A stretch of DNA of 63,896 nucleotides, the filler included, from Corallochytrium limacisporum Hawaii (Eukaryota > Protista > Pluriformea), in the NCBI GenBank assembly GCA_002811645.1. It is 6 parts of 6 records of this genome, joined end to end, with 100 filler letters (N's around TTAATTAATTAA, not from the genome) between each part and the next. Parts side by side here need not be neighbours in the genome. Positions count along the whole stretch, not along the records: positions 22,350 to 45,393 come from PDIP01000058.1; 5 more parts are not named here. One strand, written 5' to 3'. Under the pieces are notes generated by a model. That model searched no databases, was not told the DNA's origin, and worked only from the letters and a program-made list of their open reading frames with translations. A program made the translations under genes and the position numbers. Shown here piece by piece: positions 32,859-43,061 of this stretch (within the stretch, counting starts at the first letter, position 1; each line of letters starts with the position of its first letter).

Positions 32859-35423
32859 ATGATCTACGGATTCCTATTCGTGGTGGCGCTGAGCGCCATG
32901 CTTGGGACAGAGTGCAAAGCAGAAGGATGCGCTCTCAACCAGTGGACCAGCCTCGCCAGTGGTGCTCCTTGCTACTTCGATCACGGCCTGGACTGTGCCA
33001 CCTGTGCCCCGGGCGGATGCCAGTGTGGTCCTGGTAAGGGTAACGTCTGCGTTGAGTGTGGAAAGAGCGAACATTGTGATCATGAGCCAGTGTGCTTCCC
33101 TGGTCTTGAAGAAACTTCCACATCAGCCAGCACTGATCAGCAGACTACTACATCATTCACATCCACCAGTACAAATGAGCAGACAACTACCACTAGCGGT
33201 GCTACCTCCACATCTGGCAGCACTGATGAACAGACCACTACCGCAGAGGGGGACAGCTGTACCTTGAACAGCTGGACGGTTTCCACCTCTGGAACACCCT
33301 GCTGGGACAACAGTGGCCAGGACTGCGCCACCTGTGCTGTCGGTGGATGCCAGTGTGGCAGCGGTAAGGCTGCTCTGTGCGTTGAATGTGGCACAGACCA
33401 TTGCCATACTGAGAATCCCTGCGTTGATGGCTTCATCTCCACCACGCCAACCTCCACGTCAACCAGCACCAATGAGCAGACCACGACAACGTCAGGTGCG
33501 ACCTCCACATCTTCTGGCTCTGACCAACAGACCACTACCGCAGATGAGGATAGCTGTACCTTGAACAGCTGGACGGTTTCCACCTCTGGAACACCCTGCT
33601 GGGACAACAGTGGCCAGGACTGCGCCACCTGTGCTGCCGGTGGCTGCCAGTGTGGCAGCGGCAGGACTGTACTGTGTGTTGAATGTGGCACCGATCATTG
33701 TCAAACTGAGGATGCCTGCGTTGATGGTACCATTTTCCCCGCACCCGCCTCGTCCTCTGATCCTCAGGAAGCCAGCCCACCGGACGGCCCCTTCGACCCT
33801 CCCTCCCTGTATGAGGGCGGCACCAAGTCTTTGGCTGACGACTACGGCGGCACCCGAGTGCGTTCCCTGCCTTCCTACAAGAACTGGCATATCAACTACG
33901 CAAATTGGAACCACGTCGACCCTGCTCTGCATCAGTTTCACCTGGTTATCGTGCACCATACGTCATTCTGGGGATCCGAAGCTGAGATGAGCGTGGTGTT
34001 GGAACAAATTCAGGTGGGTGCTGACGGTGTAAAGGGTACTGAGGACGATGTTGCTGTACTTATGTACGTATCCATCAGTGAACAGGCGCCCGCCAGTCCT
34101 AAGGCTGCAAACGGTCATCTAATCGCAGGCGATGGTTCCGGACCCGTGCACTTTGCAAATGGTGAGCGCCAGTACGCCCACGCTGGCGTTGCTCCGTTCT
34201 ACATTGACAAGGAACCCGACGGCAACATCGACACCCACGGCACCTGGGGCGGCTACTACATTGATTGCCGAGACCAACAGTGGCGCTCGATCATTCTTGA
34301 CGAGGTTAATCATTGGGTCAATGACCTAGGCTTCGATGGAATCTTTCTGGACGCCCCAGAGGTTGGAGACCCGTGGCACGGCCGCGGTTGGGCTGCAGAG
34401 GGTGTCCTGGACATCGTGCGTGACTTGGACAATGCCTTCCCTTCTTCTCTGTTCCTGCTGAACCGTGGCCTATTCTACTTTGTACCCCACTATAGCTACC
34501 AGTTTGATTTCAATCCCGCAAAGTATGTCGACTTTGTGCTGTTTGAGTCCTTTTATGCAGGCTCTGACTACGGCAGCAACGAGTACAAGAAGTCGCCTTA
34601 CTACCTTGAGAACCGGAATTTCATGCTGCCAAAGGTCCTCGCCGAGTTCTCCCGCCCAGATACCTACGCGGTGGTTCTGCAGCTGGACTACTGGAAAACC
34701 CCAAGCAATGCGCCCAACACAGCCATCTTTGATGACTACATGGATGATGTGTCAAAGTTTGGCACTCTGCCATTCATCACGGACATTCAGTTGAGCAAGA
34801 GCTCCAATGTGGCGGCCGAGTCGCTGCCCTCTGACACTGTGGGCCCCACCTGGTCCAACACCTCAAACGGCGTTTCTCACTGCAACAGCCAGGCTGCATT
34901 CTTCCACTATAAAGGCGCCCCGCAGAATGCCGGACAACCTGCCCGTACCGGCGTTCAGAATTTAATCCCCAGCGGCGACAATGGCTTGACGGTGCAGTGG
35001 GATCTCGCTATTGATCAGACCCGTCCGCTTCGTTACAACGTTTACGTGTCGCGTGCCGACAGTAACATGAACTTTAGTAGCAGCAATCAGGTCGTCAACG
35101 ATAGCAAATCGGACAGCCATACTTTGGACAGTGCGTCTGTCGACACCTTGTCGGGCGGTATGACACTGGTGTTCCCAGACATTGGGTCCGGTATGCCCGC
35201 TAACTACAAGGGTACTGACTTCACATGTGGTGGGCGAACTTTCCTTCAAGGTGAGGAGGTCTACCCCTTCGAGTGGTCCCTATTCAACTTGCCCTCTGGC
35301 ACTTATCATGTGGTCATCCGTGCCGAGGACGGTACCTCCGGTGCTACTGTAACTAGTGGCCGCCGCGGTTACAACGGTGGCATCGAAGAGGAGAATACTG
35401 TCACTCGCAGCATCACCATCTAA
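32859..35423 (+). CDS. Secreted modular glycoside hydrolase: three 10-Cys modules with Ser/Thr linkers, PelA-hydrolase/GH114-GH166-like (beta/alpha) barrel, FN3-like C-terminal domain
   Basis: 854 aa with signal peptide. W.INY, F.LVIV, VLMYVSISE, WGGYYIDCRDQQWR, GFDGIFLD, LLNRG, FVLFES, VLQLDY follow the PelA/endo-alpha-1,4-polygalactosaminidase pattern. C-terminal TVQWDLAIDQ..LRYNVY..VIRAED..GIEEENT. Confidence 0.8.
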   Translation: MIYGFLFVVALSAMLGTECKAEGCALNQWTSLASGAPCYFDHGLDCATCAPGGCQCGPGKGNVCVECGKSEHCDHEPVCFPGLEETSTSASTDQQTTTSFTSTSTNEQTTTTSGATSTSGSTDEQTTTAEGDSCTLNSWTVSTSGTPCWDNSGQDCATCAVGGCQCGSGKAALCVECGTDHCHTENPCVDGFISTTPTSTSTSTNEQTTTTSGATSTSSGSDQQTTTADEDSCTLNSWTVSTSGTPCWDNSGQDCATCAAGGCQCGSGRTVLCVECGTDHCQTEDACVDGTIFPAPASSSDPQEASPPDGPFDPPSLYEGGTKSLADDYGGTRVRSLPSYKNWHINYANWNHVDPALHQFHLVIVHHTSFWGSEAEMSVVLEQIQVGADGVKGTEDDVAVLMYVSISEQAPASPKAANGHLIAGDGSGPVHFANGERQYAHAGVAPFYIDKEPDGNIDTHGTWGGYYIDCRDQQWRSIILDEVNHWVNDLGFDGIFLDAPEVGDPWHGRGWAAEGVLDIVRDLDNAFPSSLFLLNRGLFYFVPHYSYQFDFNPAKYVDFVLFESFYAGSDYGSNEYKKSPYYLENRNFMLPKVLAEFSRPDTYAVVLQLDYWKTPSNAPNTAIFDDYMDDVSKFGTLPFITDIQLSKSSNVAAESLPSDTVGPTWSNTSNGVSHCNSQAAFFHYKGAPQNAGQPARTGVQNLIPSGDNGLTVQWDLAIDQTRPLRYNVYVSRADSNMNFSSSNQVVNDSKSDSHTLDSASVDTLSGGMTLVFPDIGSGMPANYKGTDFTCGGRTFLQGEEVYPFEWSLFNLPSGTYHVVIRAEDGTSGATVTSGRRGYNGGIEEENTVTRSITI
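32928..33720 (+). repeat. Three 10-Cys modules (32928, 33258, 33555) with mucin-like T/S linkers; the last two form a 297-nt near-identical duplication
   Basis: CTLNSWTVSTSGTPCWDNSGQDCATCA.GGCQCGSG occurs twice, plus one diverged N-terminal copy. Confidence 0.9.
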
Positions 35424-35871
35424 AACCACCGTAAAGAACAACCTGTCCAAGGATAAACCATTGCTAGTAACATGACAATATATTTTCAGAGGCATATCCC
35501 GTAATGTATTTGTGTTTTGTTTCGGCTGAGTCTACGTCGGGGATTGGGGCCACCGCGAAAGGTGCGGCACGGGGAGTCCAATATACACTCATTTAACTCT
35601 CACGTACCATTGACATGTCCTCGTGACCTTTCTTACAGGGTATACTGTGGTAGAGTTATTGAACTTGCATACTCTCGGATGTAGCTCATGCCCAAATCAA
35701 CCCATTTGGTTTTGGGGCCTTAAGCTCTGAAGTCTGCAGGACCATCAAGCCAACTCAAGAAGTTTGTTGTGATAAGGGTAGCCAACCTAAGAAACCCATG
35801 ATCTCCTGTGGTTTCCGAGTCGGTGACACCATGAATGTCGTCGATGTCGGCATCGGCGTCCGTTGAGGAGG

Positions 35872-36549
35872 TCAATAGTACCGAGGGGTTGAATGAGACG
35901 ACTCTTCAAAAGAAGGTGAGGATTTCTTGACATGCTCACGATTGATTGAAGACACCCGGGTGTCAGGGCCATGCTCACCGGTACAGCATGAAACGTAGCC
36001 TTGCTTGATCAAACACTTCAGACTCATGATACCAGCCAATGCCATGTACGCGGAAACGAAAATGTAGTAATAGAAGCCAACGTTGATGACATCTTGTACT
36101 TCATTCTCCGGGTAGTCCACTTTACCCAGCAAAACTGTTGCAGTGACGACACTAACGATGGCAAAGACGCTAGCATCCAAGCCCAGCAAATGAATGGGGG
36201 CACACCGTACCGATCCAATGAAGCACAAGAGGAGATAACCACCCATAAGACCAATAGCAAGGAATGAGGCGTACTCGGATCCTCGGAAAATGTCACACGA
36301 GTCTTTGTCGAGGAATGGCACTCTTTGTCCATCTAGATCGACCGTACAATCATTATGGAAGCTAAAAGTATCACTGTCGCACTGGTTTGAAGCATTACAG
36401 ACACTGAAATAGAGCCATCTGTAAGCCACAAGGAGCAGACCATCGTTGGTATTAACGGTAACGACGATCATAAAGGGGATCGCCTGGGGAAGGATCAGCA
36501 AGACCACAGATCCGCTCAGCAGACCCAGTAAATGCTTTTCGGTGAGCAT
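35872..36549 (-). CDS. Four-TM claudin/PMP22-like membrane protein
   Basis: Four hydrophobic segments. Large first loop with WLYFSVC...C...C...C. Tail CC motif. First ATG at 36549; TATAAAA on the minus strand at 36649-36655. Confidence 0.6.
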   Translation of the reverse strand: MLTEKHLLGLLSGSVVLLILPQAIPFMIVVTVNTNDGLLLVAYRWLYFSVCNASNQCDSDTFSFHNDCTVDLDGQRVPFLDKDSCDIFRGSEYASFLAIGLMGGYLLLCFIGSVRCAPIHLLGLDASVFAIVSVVTATVLLGKVDYPENEVQDVINVGFYYYIFVSAYMALAGIMSLKCLIKQGYVSCCTGEHGPDTRVSSINREHVKKSSPSFEESSHSTPRYY

Positions 36550-37798
36550 ATTGTCAAGTTTGGAAACGTTGCCAATCGGATGAATTTCGGGAGGATTCGA
36601 GCTCACGATTTCAGTCTAGAAGCCTTCTTGTGGCCAAGATGCAAAGTCTTTTATATGTGACCAACTGGCAAACAGAGAAATCTCGTCACAATATGGTATG
36701 CATCGTGCACCTTTGGTCCGGTTATCCTTCTTCTTTGTCGGGATTTCAGACCTAACCAGAACGGAGGCCAGTCAAATAACACAGCACTTCTAACCCTACT
36801 GATTCGACATGAAACGAAGACATTTGGCATCAGCTAAGCAACAAGGAAGTGTTCACGCGATTTGTGGACCATCTATTCTTCCCTTTTTTGGCCGGTCCAT
36901 TTCCTGTCGTGGCAGATGACGTGCAATGCGAATGACAAAAGAATATGACTCCAGCAAACCGCAGGTAGCCCCGATGACCGTTGGCAAAGTTCAGAAAGGA
37001 AACGGATATGGATGATGCCCGCTGATGACGGATTCATGACCGCTCTCTACGTAACTGTGGAACCGTCGATTTCCCCTCAATATCCCTCCCTCCCTTGGTG
37101 TGAGAGAAAACCAAGACTGAACAAGTGCTGTTGGAAACTTACGTCTTTACTGTGTTCCCCTTCATTTTTTCCCTTTTAGTTTCCTTGTGCTGGAAGTTTT
37201 GTTGATGATGGGGTGGGGTCGATGCTCGTCATTGGCCCCCCGCCTGCGCATCATCGTTGCGTAATGTGGTTCGGAGCGGCGCGTCAGGGAAAGCGACGGA
37301 GATGCGGTTGAGGGGGGCGGCAATCTGTGTCTTCGCTTTGGAGTGATCTGGTTGCTCTTCCGGACACGCATTCGAGTTTGCTCCTCCCATTCAGCAGAGA
37401 GGCAATGTCTTACACGAACCAGGAAGGAGCACAAGATTCATTGGGTGCTTCACCTGCCAAAGAAAGAGCAATGTCCTTCCAGGACGACCAAATGCCACCA
37501 AAGATCCTTACATGCTACACATACCAGCGGGACAGAAAATCATCAGAATAGCTGGTAAGTGCCCCCCCCCCAGGACACACAACAATGGGTCACATTTTCT
37601 TGCGCGCAAGATGTATGATCGAGCTCACTCAGACTCGCAAGGGAGAGGACAAATAGGCACGCATCTGATCCATACCTGATTAACCACGATTTATTTCAGA
37701 ATGCAAGTGAAGTTGTCCCCTGACGAGAGCTGGTGAACACGGAGATCCGATGGAACTTACTGTGCCACCGTACTTTGAGAGGTATCCAGCCAGCGCAG

Positions 37799-39712
37799 TT
37801 AACGCTGGGACTTTATTCTGTGCTTTAAGAATAGTTGGAAGTAGACAACTATGTTAGCTTGCTTAAATATTTTGCCCAGTGTTGTGAGGTCGCTGTCGCG
37901 TACAGTCGGGGCCTCTATATTGGCATGCATCTCGTCTGCCAAGAATTGCACTACCGTCTCATGGCAGTTCACTACGGCGAAATGCAGTGCAGTCCAACCG
38001 TCATTGTCTTTGGCATCAACATCGGCTGACATGCTCTCCGCAAAGTACCGCACCACCGTCTCATGGCCTCTCTGTGCCGCATAATGCAATGGGGTCTGAC
38101 CTTCTTCGTCCTTGACCTCAACATTGGCATGCATCTCCCCTGCCAAGAACTGCACTACCGTTTCATGGCCGTGCCGTGCGGCATAATGCAGTGGGGTCCG
38201 ACCAATCATGTCCTTGACCTCAACATTGACATGCATCTCGCCTACCAGCAATTGCACTACCGCCTCATGGCCGCCCTGCGCGGCCAAATGCAGTGGGGTT
38301 AGAGGATGCTGCGACACGGAATCCACGTTGCAATGCATATCCATTGCCAAGTACTGGACTAGTGTTTCATGTCCGGAAAATGCGGCATGGTGGAGTGGAG
38401 TTAACCCTTCTTTGTCCTTGGACTCAACATCGACAGACATCACCTCCACAAAGTACCGCACCAGCGTCAAATGGCCATACATTGCGGCCAAGTGCAGTGG
38501 GGTCATACCGCCTTTGTCCTTGGTCTCCACACTGGCACGCAACTCGTCTGCCAAATACCACACTATCGTCTCATGGCCTGTTATCACAGCATAGTGCAGC
38601 GGTGTCCTACCAATCGTGTTCATGGCCTCCACATTGGCATGCATCGCGCCCGTCAACAACTGCACTACCGTCTTTTGGCCGTACGCCGCGGCATAATGCA
38701 GTGGGGTCTCACCGTCTTTGCTCTTGGCCTCCACATTGGCGCACATCTCGCCTGCCAACACCTGCACTACCATCTCATGACCTTTTACTGCGGAATAAAA
38801 CAAAGGGGTCCGAGCCTCTTTGTCCTTGGCCTCCACATTGGCGCGCATCTCGCCTGCCAACAATTGCACTACCGTTGTTTGGCCGCACGCTGCGGCAGCG
38901 TGCAGTGGGGTCTGACCGTTTTTGTCCTTGGCCTCCACATTGGCATGCATTGCGCCTGCCAGCAACTGCACTACCGCCTCATGACCTTCAGCTGCGGCAT
39001 AGTGCAGTGGGGTCCGACTCTCATTGTCCTGGGCCTCCACATTGGCGCACATCTCGCCCGCCAACAACTGCACTACTATCTTATGACCCGGCTTTGCGGC
39101 AAAGTGCAGTGGGGTCCGACTATCTTTGTCCTTGGCCTCCACATTAGCATGCATCTTGCCTGCCAGCAACTGTACTATAGTCTCATGACCTTCAAGTGCA
39201 GCATGATACAGTGGGGTCCGACCCTTCATGTCCGTGGCCTCAACATTGACATGCATCTTGCCCGCCAACAACTGCACAACAGTCCCATGACCTTTCGCTG
39301 CGGCACAATGCAGTGGGGTCCAACCGTCCTTGTCCTTGGCCTCTACATTGGCATGCATCTTGCCCGCCAACAACTGCACTACCGTCTCATGCCCGTTCCG
39401 TGCGGCTATATGCAGCGGAGTACGATGCCGTTGAAAGCGGACATCCGTCCCGTAGGTTTGTGCAAGCATTTTCACGCCTGCCATGTCACCGCCTTTACAG
39501 GCCAATTCATACTCTTCCATATTCATTACGGTGTTCATCCACAGAGATGTCGTCTTCAAATCGTTTTCGAAACTCAAGCTAAGATTTCTGCGGGTCGGGG
39601 TTGTTGCGTGTTCAGAAAGATCTACTCTGCTGCCAGTCGCACGACACTCTTTTGGTTTGAAGCAACCGAGAAAAAACCGGGTGTCTTTCACCATGGCCTG
39701 TGTCAATTGCAT
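37799..39712 (-). CDS. Ankyrin-repeat protein with about 15 34-aa repeats
   Basis: 15 TPLH/TPLY-type units of the form G.TPLH.AA..GHE.VVQ.LAG.M.ANVEAKD, with a 102-nt DNA period. Start uncertain. Confidence 0.93.
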   Translation of the reverse strand: MQLTQAMVKDTRFFLGCFKPKECRATGSRVDLSEHATTPTRRNLSLSFENDLKTTSLWMNTVMNMEEYELACKGGDMAGVKMLAQTYGTDVRFQRHRTPLHIAARNGHETVVQLLAGKMHANVEAKDKDGWTPLHCAAAKGHGTVVQLLAGKMHVNVEATDMKGRTPLYHAALEGHETIVQLLAGKMHANVEAKDKDSRTPLHFAAKPGHKIVVQLLAGEMCANVEAQDNESRTPLHYAAAEGHEAVVQLLAGAMHANVEAKDKNGQTPLHAAAACGQTTVVQLLAGEMRANVEAKDKEARTPLFYSAVKGHEMVVQVLAGEMCANVEAKSKDGETPLHYAAAYGQKTVVQLLTGAMHANVEAMNTIGRTPLHYAVITGHETIVWYLADELRASVETKDKGGMTPLHLAAMYGHLTLVRYFVEVMSVDVESKDKEGLTPLHHAAFSGHETLVQYLAMDMHCNVDSVSQHPLTPLHLAAQGGHEAVVQLLVGEMHVNVEVKDMIGRTPLHYAARHGHETVVQFLAGEMHANVEVKDEEGQTPLHYAAQRGHETVVRYFAESMSADVDAKDNDGWTALHFAVVNCHETVVQFLADEMHANIEAPTVRDSDLTTLGKIFKQANIVVYFQLFLKHRIKSQR

Positions 39713-39847
39713 CGGAAAGCCATAACACGCATACCAGTCTCCTGTGAGAGTTTTCTGTACCCAATTTCAGAGCATTAAATACCAGTCCCTGAGTATATGG
39801 CAATGCAGTGCACAAAAGCAGTTGATCCGTAGCCTGTCCAAGCCAAA

Positions 39848-39964
<117 letters not shown>

Positions 39965-40807
39965 AAAATCGTTGATGCATCTACCACCCCATGTCAGCTC
40001 TTTATCAAAGACGCTCAACGCAGACAGAAAAGAGATACAATACTTAGGACGATTGCGTTTGACATGGACCGAGTAGTTTGGTTTGGTCATTCTCAAAGCA
40101 AAAGTGTCGAATTGAAAAAGCCTTTCAGTTTTGGTTCCTACCCTGCGGCAACCACTCACCAGCGCTGAGCACTGTGTGGAGAAAAAGGGAATATAAGGGA
40201 ACCATGGGAGAAGCAGGACACCAGTGGGTATAATGTCCTCTGGGACCTTGCGTCTGGGGGATGTGTCACTAAGAAAACAACGCGGAGAAGGAAACAGGAG
40301 GGGGGGGAGAAGAGGGGTCATGGGGCGGGCAGGCTCGATCTTCGGGCGCTCTCGTAAAGGACACTGCTGGACATGGGCCGAGCTCAAAAATCCAAAGCTA
40401 TGCACTCTTGAGCTACGATCTTTCTATCTTAGTCAGTAAGAGCCCATTTTTACTTGCTTTCTGAATTCTTGGTCTCGTTACAGCCTTCTGAATGAAAATT
40501 CGAGCTCCCCTGCACTGTGACCTGTTCTTCGTCCTCGCCTCGCTGATGTTCATCCAGCGGCTCCGATGTTACTTTAGCACATAACCACTAGATCTGATAA
40601 GTCACTGAATCTACAGAACTCTTTTCTATGAACTCTTTTCTATTTCTGTCTCACGGTATTCTAGCTAGGAAAAGTATTTAATGTAGGATGCTTTTGTCAG
40701 GTATGATCTGATCCTCGTATTTGGTTATCTTCAAGAACCTTTGCGTCCATCCAGATCGCGTTGATGCATCCCCACGATCTAAGTCATTGAAAGGAAATCA
40801 CTACACC

Positions 40808-42553
40808 ATGAAGAGTTACCCAGTATGGACTGTCGTTCTTGAGGGCTTGACGCTCGCCTCTCTGACATATGCTGCCCCTCCTGCGCTTGACTGTGGTTAT
40901 GGTGATGTCCAGTCCAGCTACCCAACCCTCTATAAAGGTGGACAAAAAAACGAATCACCCAAATACGGCGGCACAAGTATTCGTGACCTCAGGGACTATC
41001 GAAACTGGGAAATTAACTATGGCGATTGGGTAGATCCATCCACATATGAGCCATGGAAACAATTTGATTTGGTGGTCCTGACCTGGAGCTTCTTCACTGG
41101 CACCGAGGAACAGATGCAACGCAGCCTAGAAGACCTGCAAGCCGGTGTGGATGGCAAACGTGGAACTTCTGATGATGTTGCTGTTATCGTGTACTTGTCA
41201 GTCTATGAAGAAGAAACCAAGCAGGACAAGATGAGCCCAAAGGCTCTCGAAGGCAAACTGTACGCTGGCGACGGCCGCGGTCCTGTTACCTTCGAAGACG
41301 GTGAGACGAAGTACCTGAACCAAGGTATTGCTGACTGGTACATGTCTACTGCCGGCAACTGCACTCTGGATGTTAATCCCTGGTGGGGAGCGTACTATGT
41401 AGATGCCAGGAGCAAGGATTGGCAGGATGTGGTAATGGATGAAGCAAGGCACTGGATCAAAGGCCTTGGGTTTGATGGTATTTTCTTCGATACGGTCGAT
41501 GATGCAGACCCATGGACAGGCAAGGGTTTCACTGCAGAGGGTGCCTCGGAATTGGTCTTAGCATTCAAGAATGAGTTTCCTGACTCCTTGCTTGCATGGA
41601 ATCGTGGTCTGTACTGGTTTGCGCCACATTTCTCCTACCATTACTCTTTCAATCCTATAAAACACCTGGATTTTGTTCTTTTTGAGTCATACTACCAGGA
41701 CGGTAATTATGAAGTCAATCCATGGTTGGCAGACAATCGAAACTTCTGGCTAGGCAAATTGCTGGCCGAAGCAGCACGCTCTGATAGCTATACAGTCCTT
41801 CTTGAGTTGTCGTACTGGGAAGATCTAGACAATGCTCCCAACACTCCCTCTTGGCCAGGCTACCTATCGGAGATAACAACATTCGGATTCTTGCCGTACA
41901 TAGCCGACAAGCATTTGCAAAAGAGCTCGAATGTTGCCGCACAAAGCATAGGCGAGGATGTTTCCGCTCCCGAATGGTTCTCCTCTGCAAATGGTTTTGT
42001 GTCGGAATGCAATGCAGCAGCTCTGTACTTCGACTACAAGGGTGACGGTGACGACACGGATCCGGGCTTTGGATCCCGCACGGGAGCTCAAGTAGCGTAT
42101 TCGGATCATAGTGGTATTGCTACTGTTGAATTTGACCTACCCGTAGACCAGACCCGGCCGCTGCGGTTCAACGCGTACGTGACCAAGAGTGGAAACGCGA
42201 TGGACTACGATGCAAAGGTCGTGAAAGCCCACGCGGCCACTACATACAAGGTCAACCCAGGGGAGGCTAACAAAGTGACCAAGGGGGAAAGTCTTCGATT
42301 GGCCGATATTGGCACCACCATTGGCCGTCACTATGAGGGGGTTGGATATCACTGCGGTGGCCGTGAGTGGCATACAGACACACACGTGTACCCGTTTCAG
42401 TTTAACCTCGAGGGACTCGAGCCTGGCACTTACGACATCACGATACGTGCTGAGGATTCCACGATCGGTGTAAAATATCCTCAGACTGGTAGGACAGGCC
42501 CGAGCGACGGTATTGAGGAAGAGAACGAAGTCATTGTCACTGTCACTGTTTAG
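40808..42553 (+). CDS. Secreted PelA-hydrolase/GH114-GH166-like glycoside hydrolase with FN3-like domain; paralogue of 32859-35423 without Cys modules
   Basis: Signal-like MKSYPVWTVVLEGLTLASLTYA. WEINY, VIVYLSVYE, WWGAYYVDARSKDWQ, GFDGIFFDTVD, WNRG, FVLFES, PVDQTRPLRFNAY, IRAED, GIEEENEV, collinear with the 854-aa protein. Confidence 0.82.
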   Translation: MKSYPVWTVVLEGLTLASLTYAAPPALDCGYGDVQSSYPTLYKGGQKNESPKYGGTSIRDLRDYRNWEINYGDWVDPSTYEPWKQFDLVVLTWSFFTGTEEQMQRSLEDLQAGVDGKRGTSDDVAVIVYLSVYEEETKQDKMSPKALEGKLYAGDGRGPVTFEDGETKYLNQGIADWYMSTAGNCTLDVNPWWGAYYVDARSKDWQDVVMDEARHWIKGLGFDGIFFDTVDDADPWTGKGFTAEGASELVLAFKNEFPDSLLAWNRGLYWFAPHFSYHYSFNPIKHLDFVLFESYYQDGNYEVNPWLADNRNFWLGKLLAEAARSDSYTVLLELSYWEDLDNAPNTPSWPGYLSEITTFGFLPYIADKHLQKSSNVAAQSIGEDVSAPEWFSSANGFVSECNAAALYFDYKGDGDDTDPGFGSRTGAQVAYSDHSGIATVEFDLPVDQTRPLRFNAYVTKSGNAMDYDAKVVKAHAATTYKVNPGEANKVTKGESLRLADIGTTIGRHYEGVGYHCGGREWHTDTHVYPFQFNLEGLEPGTYDITIRAEDSTIGVKYPQTGRTGPSDGIEEENEVIVTVTV

Positions 42554-43061
42554 TACCTTGACTATAGAACCTACGTCGACTACAGTATGCTACCCTCACC
42601 TGAAAATGCGAGCACCCCCACCCGTCAACACACACCGTAAGAATAGATCAACATGATGACTTCGGTCGAGACACACCATCTCCCGCCAACGAGTAGTCAG
42701 TACGGAATACCCGCCCAGAATGATAGAACGAAGGGCAGAGCCGCTTGTAATATCCCAGGGCTGGAGATCTTGTGCGAGTGCCATGGCCTAGCAGCCCAGC
42801 ATATACCATCTCATCATACATCCGTGATTGGTACGATGAAGACCAAACGAATGGAGGGTCTGAAAACAGTGTAAATCATGCGCAGTTAGACTGTACCGTA
42901 TGGCTTGCGATTGGGCCCATTCGTCGCAGGTAATACAGCAGAGAATTAGACGTGAACAATATGTACTCATTTATTTGAAGGACCACGGCTCATTCTGTTC
43001 CGTAGGCGTTGAACTGTTGAGTTGTTCCATATAAAATTGGACAGACCTCATTGGTACTATC

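Noticed and set aside
23337-33720. Repeat-spacer-like arrays as CRISPR
   Set aside because: The repeats are long, in-frame coding modules in a eukaryotic context, with no cas genes.
38471-39778. 435-aa repetitive plus-strand ORF
   Set aside because: Antisense shadow of the ankyrin array.
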